Part shown: positions 27,909 to 37,501 of the stretch, in pieces
How positions within the stretch are numbered: position 1 is the stretch's first letter
Layout: the number at the start of each line of letters is the position of its first letter
From: Coprothermobacterota bacterium
GTDB lineage: Bacteria > Coprothermobacterota > HKB111
Assembly (NCBI GenBank): GCA_037440465.1
Contig: JBBIUB010000002.1
Span: 40,492-104,491 of the forward strand
Direction of reading: 5' to 3'
Length of the DNA: 64,000 nt
The notes under the pieces: model-generated
Seen by the model: only the letters and a program-made list of their open reading frames with translations
The model's database searches: none
What the model was told of the DNA's origin: nothing
Program-made: the position numbers and the translations under genes

Positions 27909-28889
27909 TTATTGTTTAGGAGGTGGTAATTCAAGAAGATAGACCGTCACATATCTTCTACCAAATTTTTTCAATTCAGAGAGAGAGTTAAAGAAGAATA
28001 AATCAATTCTATTTCCCTTTATTAATCTCCCCGTATCAGCAGCAATTGCATAACCATAATTTTCAACATAAAGTTTACTACCAAGTGGTATCACCTTTGG
28101 GTCAACTGCTACGAGACCATAACGGACTCTTTTCCCTGATGCTGTTATCCAGCTGGGGACATGGCGATCAACAGTAGGTGGTCCATAAGCAGTAGCTAAC
28201 ATATCAAATTCCCGTAAATGTCCACCTCTAAAAACCGCAACACCATCAGCATAAATCTTGGGTTTTGGTGGAGTAATTATTTTCTCTGATATTATCTGTT
28301 CTTCTGATAATTTACCTTCAATATATACTTTTCTGATAACCAATTCTTTTACTCCAGCTCGCCCTAAATCCCAAACTACAGTTTTACCTTTTTCTACTTC
28401 AGGATTAACAATATATTTATGAGGAATTGAAATTGTTTTTTTAACAGTTACATATTGTTCTTCTACTCTAAAAATAGAAATATTATTTATTTTTGAACTT
28501 GAAAGTTTGGTATCAAGACTCGGGGTAACTTTATCTAAAGGTTTGATAACTAACCCCATAGACTCTATGGTATCTTCCACTGTTTTTTCTTGCGTAAAAA
28601 AAGACAGTCGCTTTCCATCTACCTGTATATAAACGAATGGAAGTTTATTTTTTGAAGCGAGTATTACCCCACCAAGTTCTTCAATGTTATGACCTGAAAG
28701 TCTGTAATTTTCTATAATTTTATCTCTACTACCAACTCTATAGCTCAATACTATTTTCCCAGCATCATCAATACAAGCAAATATAAAAGAGTACCGGGTG
28801 TAAAGAAATAACATTAGAACGACAATAGAAAAATAAACAATAGCTAATATGTTTGCTTTCAGGGTTTTCTTATTAAAACCTTCAGCCAT
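27909..28889 (-). CDS. YabE-like cell-wall protein (TM, DUF348, G5, 3D domain)
   Basis: N-terminal TM; ATAY, VAVDPKVIPLGS, AADTGRLIKGNRIDLF. Confidence 0.85.
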   Translation of the reverse strand: MAEGFNKKTLKANILAIVYFSIVVLMLFLYTRYSFIFACIDDAGKIVLSYRVGSRDKIIENYRLSGHNIEELGGVILASKNKLPFVYIQVDGKRLSFFTQEKTVEDTIESMGLVIKPLDKVTPSLDTKLSSSKINNISIFRVEEQYVTVKKTISIPHKYIVNPEVEKGKTVVWDLGRAGVKELVIRKVYIEGKLSEEQIISEKIITPPKPKIYADGVAVFRGGHLREFDMLATAYGPPTVDRHVPSWITASGKRVRYGLVAVDPKVIPLGSKLYVENYGYAIAADTGRLIKGNRIDLFFFNSLSELKKFGRRYVTVYLLELPPPKQ

Positions 28890-28895
28890 GCGATA

Positions 28896-28924
28896 ATTTT
28901 AACACCTTTTTAAAACAAAGTCAA
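28896..28924 (-). promoter_or_regulatory. Sigma70-type promoter, probably giving a leaderless transcript
   Basis: TTGACT-17 nt-TAAAAT with TGn extension; 6 nt before ATG 28889; no SD. Confidence 0.6.
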
Positions 28925-29012
28925 GCAGTAAAAAATATTCTGTATATCATATTTATTAAAATTATTGATTATGTTAGAAACATATTTATTAACAACCTTA
29001 CAAAAAGTTAAG

Positions 29013-30899
29013 TCAGGACAGTTTTTTATTGAGTTCTGATTTAGGAAAAATTTTTACTGCTTTATACACTTCAGGACACACTTCTAGACAATTTCCACAT
29101 TTACTGCACTTAGTTTGGTTAATTTCTTTTATTCCTCTATCATTTGTAAAAATAGATTTTGTAGGACATTTGAGAACGCAATGTTCACAACCACGATAAC
29201 ATTTTTCAGGGATTATGTAGTAAAAAATCAGATCTCTGCAAACAAGAGCAGGACACCGTTGTTCAAGGATATGAGCTTCATATTCACTCCTAAAATACTT
29301 TAGGGTAGTTAAAACTGGGTTTGGTGCTGTCTTCCCCAGCCCACACAAAGAACCATCTTTTATATCATCTGCAAGAATATTTAAAACATTAAGATCATCA
29401 AGGGTAGCTTCGCCTTTAGAAATCCCTTCCAGAATATAATACATCTGGCTAAGTCCAACCCTGCAAAAAGAACATTTGCCACAACTTTCATTCTTCAGAA
29501 ATTTAAGAAAATATTTAGCTACATCAACCATACAAGTCTCTTCGTCCATTACTATTAGACCACCAGAACCAAGCATAGAACCAAAAACTTGGAGGGAATC
29601 AAAATCTACAGGAGTATCAATATATTCAGAAGGTATGCAACCACCTGAAGGACCTCCAATTTGAACACCCTTTAGTCTCTTCCCTTCTCTAACTCCACCA
29701 CCAAGGTAGTAAACTACTTCTCTAAGGGTCGTTCCCATCTCGACTTCTACAAGCCCTGGGTTAGCAACCTTCCCTGCAAGAGAAAAAACCGCTGTTCCCT
29801 TGCTATTCTGAGTCCCCATACTCGAAAACCATTCCGCTCCATTAGAGATTATGGAAGGGATGCATGAAAAAGTTTTAACATTGTTTATTAAAGTTGGTTC
29901 ACCAAAGAGACCAAATTCTGCAGAACGAGGAGGTTTTACTCTTGGCATAGGTCTTTTTCCTTCAATAGAAGAAATGAGAGCGGATGATTCACCACAAACA
30001 AAAGCACCACCACCGGGTATTATTTCTATGTCAAAATCAAAACCACTTTCCAGTATATCTTTTCCCAATAGAACATTGTTTCTTGCCTGTTCAATTGCAA
30101 CTTTAAAGCGGTGAATTGCCAGGGGGTATTCAAGTCTAATGTAGATGTACCCCTTACTTGCCCTTAAAGCATAAGCAGATATGACCATACCTTCAATAAC
30201 TTGATGAGGACAACTCTCTAAAACTACTCTGTCCATAAAAGCACCAGGATCACCTTCATCAGCATTACAGATTACATTTCTATTTTTCCCAGGAGCTTTT
30301 AGTGAAGCTTCCATCTTTACCCCTGTTGGAAACCCAGCTCCTCCTAACCCTCTAAGATGTGAGTTTTTTATCTCTCTTATTACCTCTTCCTGCCTCATAT
30401 TAAATGCTTTACTCAAACCTTCGTAGCCACCCAGAGCAATATATGAATAGATACTTTCTGGTTCTATATAACCAGCATATCTTAAGATAATTCTTTTTTC
30501 CAAATCAAATCGTTCAAGCTCTGGAATATATGGAGGTGTAGCTACTCCCCCTTCTAAAGTACCCAAAACTAAATCAAAACAGAGATCATCTTCCTGAAGA
30601 TATTGGCGTACAAGGCGTGGTACATCTTCTTCTGAAATATTTTTATAGACAATAGACGGGTTGTCTCCCTTTGATATAACTACTAATGGCTCAGCATAAC
30701 ATAAACCCAGGCAACCTACCTGAAGAACCTCTGCTTCTATATTACTTTTTTCTAATTCGTCCTTAAAAGTAGCAATAACCTCTCTGGCTCCTACTGCCAC
30801 GCCACAGGTTGCTGCGCCAACGAGAATCCTGGTGTTTTTATTATTTTTATGAATTAACCATTTTTCCTGAGCCAAGCTCTTAAGTTGAGGATATTTCAT
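29013..30899 (-). CDS. HydB/NuoF-like FMN- and NAD(P)-binding iron-sulfur subunit
   Basis: N-terminal thioredoxin-like Cys domain, GLGGAGFPTG, NADEGDPGAFMDR, GGPSGG, ESCGKCSFCR, SLCGLG, C-terminal ferredoxin-like pair. Confidence 0.92.
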   Translation of the reverse strand: MKYPQLKSLAQEKWLIHKNNKNTRILVGAATCGVAVGAREVIATFKDELEKSNIEAEVLQVGCLGLCYAEPLVVISKGDNPSIVYKNISEEDVPRLVRQYLQEDDLCFDLVLGTLEGGVATPPYIPELERFDLEKRIILRYAGYIEPESIYSYIALGGYEGLSKAFNMRQEEVIREIKNSHLRGLGGAGFPTGVKMEASLKAPGKNRNVICNADEGDPGAFMDRVVLESCPHQVIEGMVISAYALRASKGYIYIRLEYPLAIHRFKVAIEQARNNVLLGKDILESGFDFDIEIIPGGGAFVCGESSALISSIEGKRPMPRVKPPRSAEFGLFGEPTLINNVKTFSCIPSIISNGAEWFSSMGTQNSKGTAVFSLAGKVANPGLVEVEMGTTLREVVYYLGGGVREGKRLKGVQIGGPSGGCIPSEYIDTPVDFDSLQVFGSMLGSGGLIVMDEETCMVDVAKYFLKFLKNESCGKCSFCRVGLSQMYYILEGISKGEATLDDLNVLNILADDIKDGSLCGLGKTAPNPVLTTLKYFRSEYEAHILEQRCPALVCRDLIFYYIIPEKCYRGCEHCVLKCPTKSIFTNDRGIKEINQTKCSKCGNCLEVCPEVYKAVKIFPKSELNKKLS

Positions 30900-31338
30900 C
30901 TTTTAAGTTAACAAGTACTTCTTCTACTTTGCCTGGGCTCATACGGGGGTAAAGATCACCCTTAATATCAACTACTGGAGCTTTAGTACAACATCCAAAG
31001 CAAGCAGCATGATCCAGACCGAAAACTTTATCTTCAGCAACTTCTCCTGTCTTTATATTTAGCTCTCTTTCAAAAGCTTCTAATATAAGCTGCCCACCAG
31101 CTAAATGACAAGCTGTACCCAAACAAACTGTTACAGGGTATAAACCCTGGGGTTTACTCCTGAAACGCTTATAAAAGGTTACAGCTCCGAAAACATCTGA
31201 AGCTGCGATACCAAGAAAATCAGCCAGCCTGAGCATATTCTCAGTTGAAATATAGCCCAGGCTGTTCTGAATATCCTGAAGAATAAGGATCAGGTTCTTT
31301 CTGTCCTTTTTATATCCTTTAAAAATTTCTTCAAGCAA
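30880..31338 (-). CDS. HydC/NuoE-like [2Fe-2S] subunit
   Basis: LILILQDIQ, TFY, VCLGTACH, ACFGCCTKAPV; TTG start. Confidence 0.9.
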   Translation of the reverse strand: MLEEIFKGYKKDRKNLILILQDIQNSLGYISTENMLRLADFLGIAASDVFGAVTFYKRFRSKPQGLYPVTVCLGTACHLAGGQLILEAFERELNIKTGEVAEDKVFGLDHAACFGCCTKAPVVDIKGDLYPRMSPGKVEEVLVNLKDEISST

Positions 31339-31345
31339 TTATACC

Positions 31346-32710
31346 CTATCTTCTCCACTTCTCTATCATCCTGGGGAGGAAGGTAGGTATGTCTTCTGCT
31401 GCTTTGGGACCAACTATAACTTCCCATCCTGGTAGCTCATCCTCTATTTCACCTTTGATTCTTGCTGCCAACCCAGGAATAATTAGTCTCTTTTTACTTA
31501 CTTTCTCTTCAATACCACTTTTTTTAATAAATGGACCAATTGTCTCCCCGATGAATTTTCCAGTAGACCAGGCAGCCAATACACAAAGCCCATCAACTCC
31601 CTTCACGCATAGATATGCTGGAATCCTACTTCCTTCAACTTCTCCTGCCACTGCAAAGTAAGTTAGTGCAAAGTTTGTCGTAATCAAAACCGGAGAGTTT
31701 TCATCAGGAGTACCTATCTCATAAACTTTTTCCTCCACAGCTAGTGGAACTCTTGGATCAGTATAAATGTTCTGCCTTTGAACTAAAAGAGGGTAGAGGG
31801 CATCTTGATCAAGGTCTTTAAGAACGATAATTGAGGCATATTTAACTACCAGGGCAGAAGCCAAAAGAGATTCCTCTTCTTTAGACTGTTTAGATAAAGG
31901 TAAAAGTGAGATAATTGGGTAACCTAAAGGTCTGAAGGCATATTTAAGAGCTGCTCTTCTGATTAATGTATAATCTTGAATAGCTTCAATAAGGTTCTCG
32001 GGTTCTGTATCCAACACCAACTCGGTTATACCAGATTCCTTCAACCTGATTGTTAGAGATATTACTTCATCTAAACCTTTTCCCTTAACAACTACCGGTG
32101 TTGGCTTATCTTTTAATCTTGGTAAAGCAACTTCAATATTCTCTTTATTTATGGAATATAAAAGTGGTCTCCAGTTAAATATCAGGTCTCTTGCTTCAAA
32201 TAAAACTTCTATATCATCACACATAAGAATTAATGGGAAACCTTCTTCAGCTATTCTCTTTACGAGGTTAAGGTATCTTTCCTTGTTACCACTCTCATGT
32301 TTTAACATTACAAGATCAGCTCTAAGCTTAAGTCCTACTCGTTCAAACTGGAACTCTTTAAGTTTATTAACTTTGCTATTAACAGAATCATCTGTTTCTT
32401 TATCAGAGATTAACACAGCAATTCCTGGTTGACGATAAAAGGTTTTTTCATGTCTGAACATGACTTCTTCCTCGCCTATGCTTAGAACTTGCTCTCCATA
32501 GCCAAAAGCAACCAATTTTATAGGAGGAGCAATAACCTCAGCCAGCTCTTCCTTAACTTCAACTGGAAGATAAGGACATTTATCGACAGAAACACCGCCT
32601 CCAGCAAGTTTCATGGCAAAAGCAAAACAGGTTGGATAGCCACATTCTTTACAATTTTTTTTCCCCCCATCGGGCAATATTTTTTGAATATCAGAGGCTT
32701 TTATAGGCAC
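31346..32710 (-). CDS. cdhE: Corrinoid iron-sulfur protein large subunit (ACDS gamma)
   Basis: NCKECGYPTCFAFAMKL, EEVMFRHEK, RQNIYTDP, TTNFALTY, LIIPG. Confidence 0.93.
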   Translation of the reverse strand: MPIKASDIQKILPDGGKKNCKECGYPTCFAFAMKLAGGGVSVDKCPYLPVEVKEELAEVIAPPIKLVAFGYGEQVLSIGEEEVMFRHEKTFYRQPGIAVLISDKETDDSVNSKVNKLKEFQFERVGLKLRADLVMLKHESGNKERYLNLVKRIAEEGFPLILMCDDIEVLFEARDLIFNWRPLLYSINKENIEVALPRLKDKPTPVVVKGKGLDEVISLTIRLKESGITELVLDTEPENLIEAIQDYTLIRRAALKYAFRPLGYPIISLLPLSKQSKEEESLLASALVVKYASIIVLKDLDQDALYPLLVQRQNIYTDPRVPLAVEEKVYEIGTPDENSPVLITTNFALTYFAVAGEVEGSRIPAYLCVKGVDGLCVLAAWSTGKFIGETIGPFIKKSGIEEKVSKKRLIIPGLAARIKGEIEDELPGWEVIVGPKAAEDIPTFLPRMIEKWRR

Positions 32711-32725
32711 TACTTTCTCCTTTTT

Positions 32726-33928
32726 TTAAGCACCAGTTACCAATGGATGGCCAACTTTCTGTAAGAATTCAATTAGCTCATCAACATTAGAAACATCTTC
32801 TTCGGTAGCTATTTTTTCATAGAAGTCCTCAGGAATAGCATCCTTAACAGCATCTTTTATTGCTTTGGGTATCCAGACAACTCTCTTAACGCCACCATCT
32901 GTTTTTAAGAATTTGGGGGATCTAAGGTATGATATTGCCATACCTACATACCCTTCCTGCTGTCTTCCACCGCTGGCTTCTCCAGCCATGGAAGAGAAAG
33001 GATTGCCTATAACTGTTTCACCAGCATAGTCACGATGCACTATTCCAAAACCATCAACTTCAGGAATATAGAAGCATATAGCCTGGAAACAACCGCAAGA
33101 AGTATGGGGGTTTTCAAGGGCGCTGTGCAGACAGAACACTGAATTTGTACCAAGTGATTTCTCTGCCACCACCTCATTTACACCACTGTAAATGAACTTT
33201 TCGGGATCTAGAAGCTCACCTTTCATGACAGCAAATTGAGGACCTTCAGGGTCTATCTTGTAAGCAGCCTTTCCATCCAGCCAGTTAACAGCACCGCAGA
33301 GTGATACCCTCTCCGGTGTTATCACGCACACATGGGTAGGAGCAAAGCTTTGACACAAGGTGCAACCATAAAACTCATCTACTTCTTCTTCTGTCAAACC
33401 TTTTACCCTTTCATCTCTTTCTTCATAAACTTTTCTTGCTGGTAGAACAAGTTCTTCAACTTTTACTGGATCTGTTACAAAAGTAATCTGAATCTTCTCA
33501 ATAAGCGGTAATTCAGCAGTAAAGAGCATAATGAGTATTTGACCTATTTCATTAAATGAGTTAAGGCCTTTTTTGAAACTATCCTTATGCAGCCTCATCC
33601 AAATCTCATCTCTTTGAGCTATATGCCAGAAGCCTTCTATGTAATTGCAATACATATGAATTCGTCTTTCAAAAACGGGTTCCATATCCTTTTCAAGCTT
33701 CTCTCCAGCAATATCTATCTGTATAAACAATGGATGAGATGACCCTTCTAACAAATCTTTAATATCTGGACCTATAATAACTACGTTCTCATGCTCTATT
33801 TCATTAATTCCTCTAACAGTAACCAGCTCACCTTTAAAAGGAATTTTAGGTCCACCAAATTCAACATAAAACTCCTCTTTCCTTATTCTTTCGCCTTCAT
33901 ATTGAGGTCCTACATCTACAGAAAACAT
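32726..33928 (-). CDS. cdhC: Acetyl-CoA synthase, archaeal-type short form (ACDS beta)
   Basis: 400 aa, lacking the bacterial AcsB N-terminal domain; YEGERIRK, FYGCTLCQSFAPTHVC, PHTSCGCF. Confidence 0.93.
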   Translation of the reverse strand: MFSVDVGPQYEGERIRKEEFYVEFGGPKIPFKGELVTVRGINEIEHENVVIIGPDIKDLLEGSSHPLFIQIDIAGEKLEKDMEPVFERRIHMYCNYIEGFWHIAQRDEIWMRLHKDSFKKGLNSFNEIGQILIMLFTAELPLIEKIQITFVTDPVKVEELVLPARKVYEERDERVKGLTEEEVDEFYGCTLCQSFAPTHVCVITPERVSLCGAVNWLDGKAAYKIDPEGPQFAVMKGELLDPEKFIYSGVNEVVAEKSLGTNSVFCLHSALENPHTSCGCFQAICFYIPEVDGFGIVHRDYAGETVIGNPFSSMAGEASGGRQQEGYVGMAISYLRSPKFLKTDGGVKRVVWIPKAIKDAVKDAIPEDFYEKIATEEDVSNVDELIEFLQKVGHPLVTGA

Positions 33929-33946
33929 CCTTTTTCCTCCCTTTTT

Positions 33947-34489
33947 TTAATTTTCAGCTACTAAATTTTCAATAATGGTTTTCAACATAACTACCCATTT
34001 ATCATCCCTTAAATTTGATAGGGAAAAAGTGGCATGGGGATGGAGAAATTTACATAGGGTCATCGTTTTTAAATGAGGCGAAAAGTGTTTTAAGGTAGAC
34101 AAACCTTGATTTGCCAGGTCAGCTCTAATACCGAGAAAAATGACCAGGTCATGATTTCCTTTCCCTTCAACTCCTTTCCAGGAAGGATCTTTAAGGTGGT
34201 TTATTATCTCAACAATATCGTAAGTACTTTGAGGGGTAACTCCTAAATCCACAAGCTTCTTTTTTGTATTAGCAGTGGCGCATATAGGTAACTTCCCAGC
34301 TCGGGCTATTTCAACTCCATATTCAATAAGACATCTGTCACCTAGTTCCAGATTTAAACAGAGAGGTCCGAAGACCATTAGAGGGTTGGTTGCTTTTTTA
34401 ATTAATTCAGCCACCTCCTTCCCATCTTCAATTACTTTGCAGGCTTTTGTTCCTGTAAAAACATTTACATAGTGATAAGGAAAACTCAT
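33947..34489 (-). CDS. cdhB: ACDS epsilon subunit
   Basis: IKKATNPL, WKGVEGKGNHDLVIFLG, LSTLKHF, HPHATFSL. Confidence 0.88.
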   Translation of the reverse strand: MSFPYHYVNVFTGTKACKVIEDGKEVAELIKKATNPLMVFGPLCLNLELGDRCLIEYGVEIARAGKLPICATANTKKKLVDLGVTPQSTYDIVEIINHLKDPSWKGVEGKGNHDLVIFLGIRADLANQGLSTLKHFSPHLKTMTLCKFLHPHATFSLSNLRDDKWVVMLKTIIENLVAEN

Positions 34490-34494
34490 ACAAC

Positions 34495-35190
34495 TTACCT
34501 CCTAAATTCTGATATTGCTTCTTCTACCGCCATCTTGGTCATTAGACCAGCACGGTGCATTAAAGTGTCACCTATTTCTTTATCTGTTGTCATAGTAGCC
34601 AGGCAGGGATGTTGATGATGTAAAAGACCTGACTGTTCAACCGCATCTTTCTCATGTATTCCTAAAAGATACTGGGCTACAAATCGGGTATTTCCACAAG
34701 GCGTTTCCCTGATAATTCCAACCTCACTTACTTTATCATTTTTCAGACTAATCGTCAGTCTTGGACAGCCAAATAACTTACTAAAATCTCTTATATACCG
34801 ATTACCACTGTCTTTTTCAGTAAGGGTGCAAAAGGTCATGGGATAAACCATTTCAACCCCACTCTGTGCCAATTTATTTTTTATTTGTCTCGCCAATCCA
34901 GAAGGAAGATAGGCTTTGTTATCTATTGGAGCAATCACCCCTTTAGCACTTGACATCTTCACGAGTTGAGGTGTCATCTCTACCACAACCGGGTTTTCCT
35001 GTAACATCAATAGAAGGTCACAGCATGGAAGCTCGGAAGGCAAAAACTTATCAAGAGAATCGTCTACCATTACTGAAATATTGGGTGGAAATACATAATA
35101 ATCTACCTTCCAGGAGGGTGGAGAGTGCTTAGAAATATTATCCACAAACCTCCACCCATAATCACCCTGAATAATGAGAAGTAATTTCAC
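34495..35190 (-). CDS. DUF166-like protein
   Basis: QGDYGWR, FCTL, FGCP, TPCGNT, HHQHPCLATM, LMHRAG pattern. Confidence 0.72.
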   Translation of the reverse strand: MKLLLIIQGDYGWRFVDNISKHSPPSWKVDYYVFPPNISVMVDDSLDKFLPSELPCCDLLLMLQENPVVVEMTPQLVKMSSAKGVIAPIDNKAYLPSGLARQIKNKLAQSGVEMVYPMTFCTLTEKDSGNRYIRDFSKLFGCPRLTISLKNDKVSEVGIIRETPCGNTRFVAQYLLGIHEKDAVEQSGLLHHQHPCLATMTTDKEIGDTLMHRAGLMTKMAVEEAISEFRR

Positions 35191-35203
35191 TTATTATGTT
35201 AAC

Positions 35204-37501
35204 CTACTTAATAACTGCTTCTATCGGAACTTCTGAATCGTAAGTCCCGATAAGAGTGGGCAGAGTCAATACCGGTTTTGGTTCCCACCCAACCTTATTT
35301 AAATATTCCATCACTTCCTTCTTAAAGAAAATGGGGATATCTTTATCGTTCCTAACGAAATGTTGAAGGTCATCAGGTAGACCTCCAAGGTAGGTTCTAT
35401 GGAGGGAAATGTAGTGATAGAGCTTGAGTTGTCTACCCTGGTGAGTATCATTCTTTCTTATACATAGCTTAGCTATTGTAACCACTGCCCTCTCTTTGTT
35501 TTCAATAACAATGGTAAGGTGTTCAGGAGACGGTTCCTTTGTATCAAGAAGCTCCTTACTTCTACCATCTATTACTGACCAATCGTCTTCCTCTTTACGT
35601 GAAAGGTATATTCTTCTATACTTAGAAGCATGTGGTCCCAGCACTACTGGAACACCCCAGCGATTACAACCTGTTCCGATTGCAGCTGCTTTTTGAGAAT
35701 AAGCTCCCCAGGCAACACCGCAAGCACCTACCCTATTCAAGATGTAGTCTGCAATTACCTCAAAATTCGCCCTAATAGGAAGTTTAGCAAATATACTGGC
35801 AACTTTAATGGCTGCTCCTACAATATGTGCGTTTGATACGCAACTCCCTACATTTAAGACACCACCAGCATCGAAATCAGGAGGATATTTCTCATATAAA
35901 GTTTTTCCATCGTTATCTTTCTTAAATCCAACTGCCATAGCAGCGCAACCAGAAAGAACAACTATGAACTTTCTCTTTGCAAATTCCTCAGCAATAAAGG
36001 CTATATCTTCAATATCGCCTGGAAGGTTTGAACAACCTACCAACGCTACAATACCCGGTATCGTTCCAAGAACAATAGGTGCACCAACTTTTCTGATTTC
36101 TACATCGTGAATAGGTCCTCTACCTGTCCTAACTTTATATTTATCCCATGAAGCTCCTGCTTGCATAGTTTTAATAATAGGAATGCCTCTCGGACAGGCT
36201 TCTTCACACTTACCACATCCGATACACTGGTCAAAAAGTTCAGAGAGTAAATCAAAGTTTCCCTTGCCTGTTTCTGCAATGGCTGTTCCAACATCCAGAA
36301 GATTAGGACAGACACGGTTACAAATACCACAATTTTTGCACTCTTTAGATAGTTCTTTAGCCTCTTCCTTAGTAAGAATCTCTTTCTTCCTTCTTGGAGC
36401 AAGTTCAAGAGCTACCCTAGCAGCAACCTCACCAGCTTTATCAATATCTAAGATTAAAACCTGTTTTCCATCTTCTACTATCATCCTGACAATTTCGTCT
36501 ATTTCTTTCTTTGATACATCAGGTAATCCATAGCAAATCTTATCAGAGGTTGCTATAAGAGCACTTCCTACCTCTTTAGCAATTTGAGGAATATCGCTTC
36601 TGACACACTGCTCATCTGTCATAATAACATCAGATAATCCAGTTTTTAGGAAAAATAATTGCTTAGATAACGGACCAATTATTTTACCTCTTTCAGAGTA
36701 ACGTGCAATATCATGTGCAGTACAACAAATTCCTGTAATCTCTACCTTATCTTCTAAACCATTTTTTCTTAAATAGTCAATCAGAACTGTTGCACCAGCT
36801 GCATTGTGACCTACGCAAGTAATTATTGGCTTAGTTTTATCAACAGCACCCCAACCAAGGTCAACGAGGGGGGTATCAGAAACTGAGGTAGGAAATTTGA
36901 AACCAACAATCTGGGCGATATCAGCAGCTTCAAGGGCTATATGGTCTAACATACCTGTATGAAGAGATTTAGACTCAAAATCTAAAGCACTACCTTCCTG
37001 ACCCATGTGAGTAGCTGAAACAGCATGAACAAGGCCTTTCTCAACATATGAAATTGCTTCTTTCAAATCTCCAAGTGTCTCAACTTTTAAGCCCATAACA
37101 GTTCTAATTATGGGGGCTTCAACATTTACTAAAGAACCAAGATCTATCTTATAGTCCTCACCATATTTATCTATTAGATAGTCTATAAGATGTCTTCCAT
37201 GAGCAGCATGAGCTGCACATCCCATAATACAGGACATCAAAACAAACCTAGCTTGTTGAGCAGCAATATCTATGCCACAAGCTCCCTTCTTCTTCCCAGT
37301 AAGATCGCATTTACCAAATGTACAGAAACAGCAAAGATCACAGAACGGTGCATAGAAAGGTTTGTAGGTTTGAAGGAGTCGGAAGTCCCATCCCCTAAGA
37401 TCTGTGATGCTGGGCATAGGGGTATAACCAACTGGTTCCCAAGTATCTTCAGACCTGATAATTTCATTTACTTCAACTTTGTCCCTGGTTTTTTTACTCA
37501 T
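35204..37501 (-). CDS. cdhA: Archaeal-type Ni-CO dehydrogenase (ACDS alpha)
   Basis: CDLCCFCTFGKCDL, HAAHGRH, GHN, GICCT, inserted CKNCGICNRVCP and CIGCGKCEEACP clusters, GCSN, GSCVSN, SQKA. Confidence 0.95.
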   Translation of the reverse strand: MSKKTRDKVEVNEIIRSEDTWEPVGYTPMPSITDLRGWDFRLLQTYKPFYAPFCDLCCFCTFGKCDLTGKKKGACGIDIAAQQARFVLMSCIMGCAAHAAHGRHLIDYLIDKYGEDYKIDLGSLVNVEAPIIRTVMGLKVETLGDLKEAISYVEKGLVHAVSATHMGQEGSALDFESKSLHTGMLDHIALEAADIAQIVGFKFPTSVSDTPLVDLGWGAVDKTKPIITCVGHNAAGATVLIDYLRKNGLEDKVEITGICCTAHDIARYSERGKIIGPLSKQLFFLKTGLSDVIMTDEQCVRSDIPQIAKEVGSALIATSDKICYGLPDVSKKEIDEIVRMIVEDGKQVLILDIDKAGEVAARVALELAPRRKKEILTKEEAKELSKECKNCGICNRVCPNLLDVGTAIAETGKGNFDLLSELFDQCIGCGKCEEACPRGIPIIKTMQAGASWDKYKVRTGRGPIHDVEIRKVGAPIVLGTIPGIVALVGCSNLPGDIEDIAFIAEEFAKRKFIVVLSGCAAMAVGFKKDNDGKTLYEKYPPDFDAGGVLNVGSCVSNAHIVGAAIKVASIFAKLPIRANFEVIADYILNRVGACGVAWGAYSQKAAAIGTGCNRWGVPVVLGPHASKYRRIYLSRKEEDDWSVIDGRSKELLDTKEPSPEHLTIVIENKERAVVTIAKLCIRKNDTHQGRQLKLYHYISLHRTYLGGLPDDLQHFVRNDKDIPIFFKKEVMEYLNKVGWEPKPVLTLPTLIGTYDSEVPIEAVIK

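Noticed and set aside
29013..31338. Respiratory complex I nuoEF
   Set aside because: No other nuo genes are adjacent, and the NuoF homologue has HydB-type extra domains
34495..35190. Thymidylate synthase (label sometimes attached to this family)
   Set aside because: No ThyA or ThyX catalytic motifs are recognisable
29013..37501. Selenocysteine or pyrrolysine readthrough in the redox genes
   Set aside because: All ORFs are full length for their families with no internal stops
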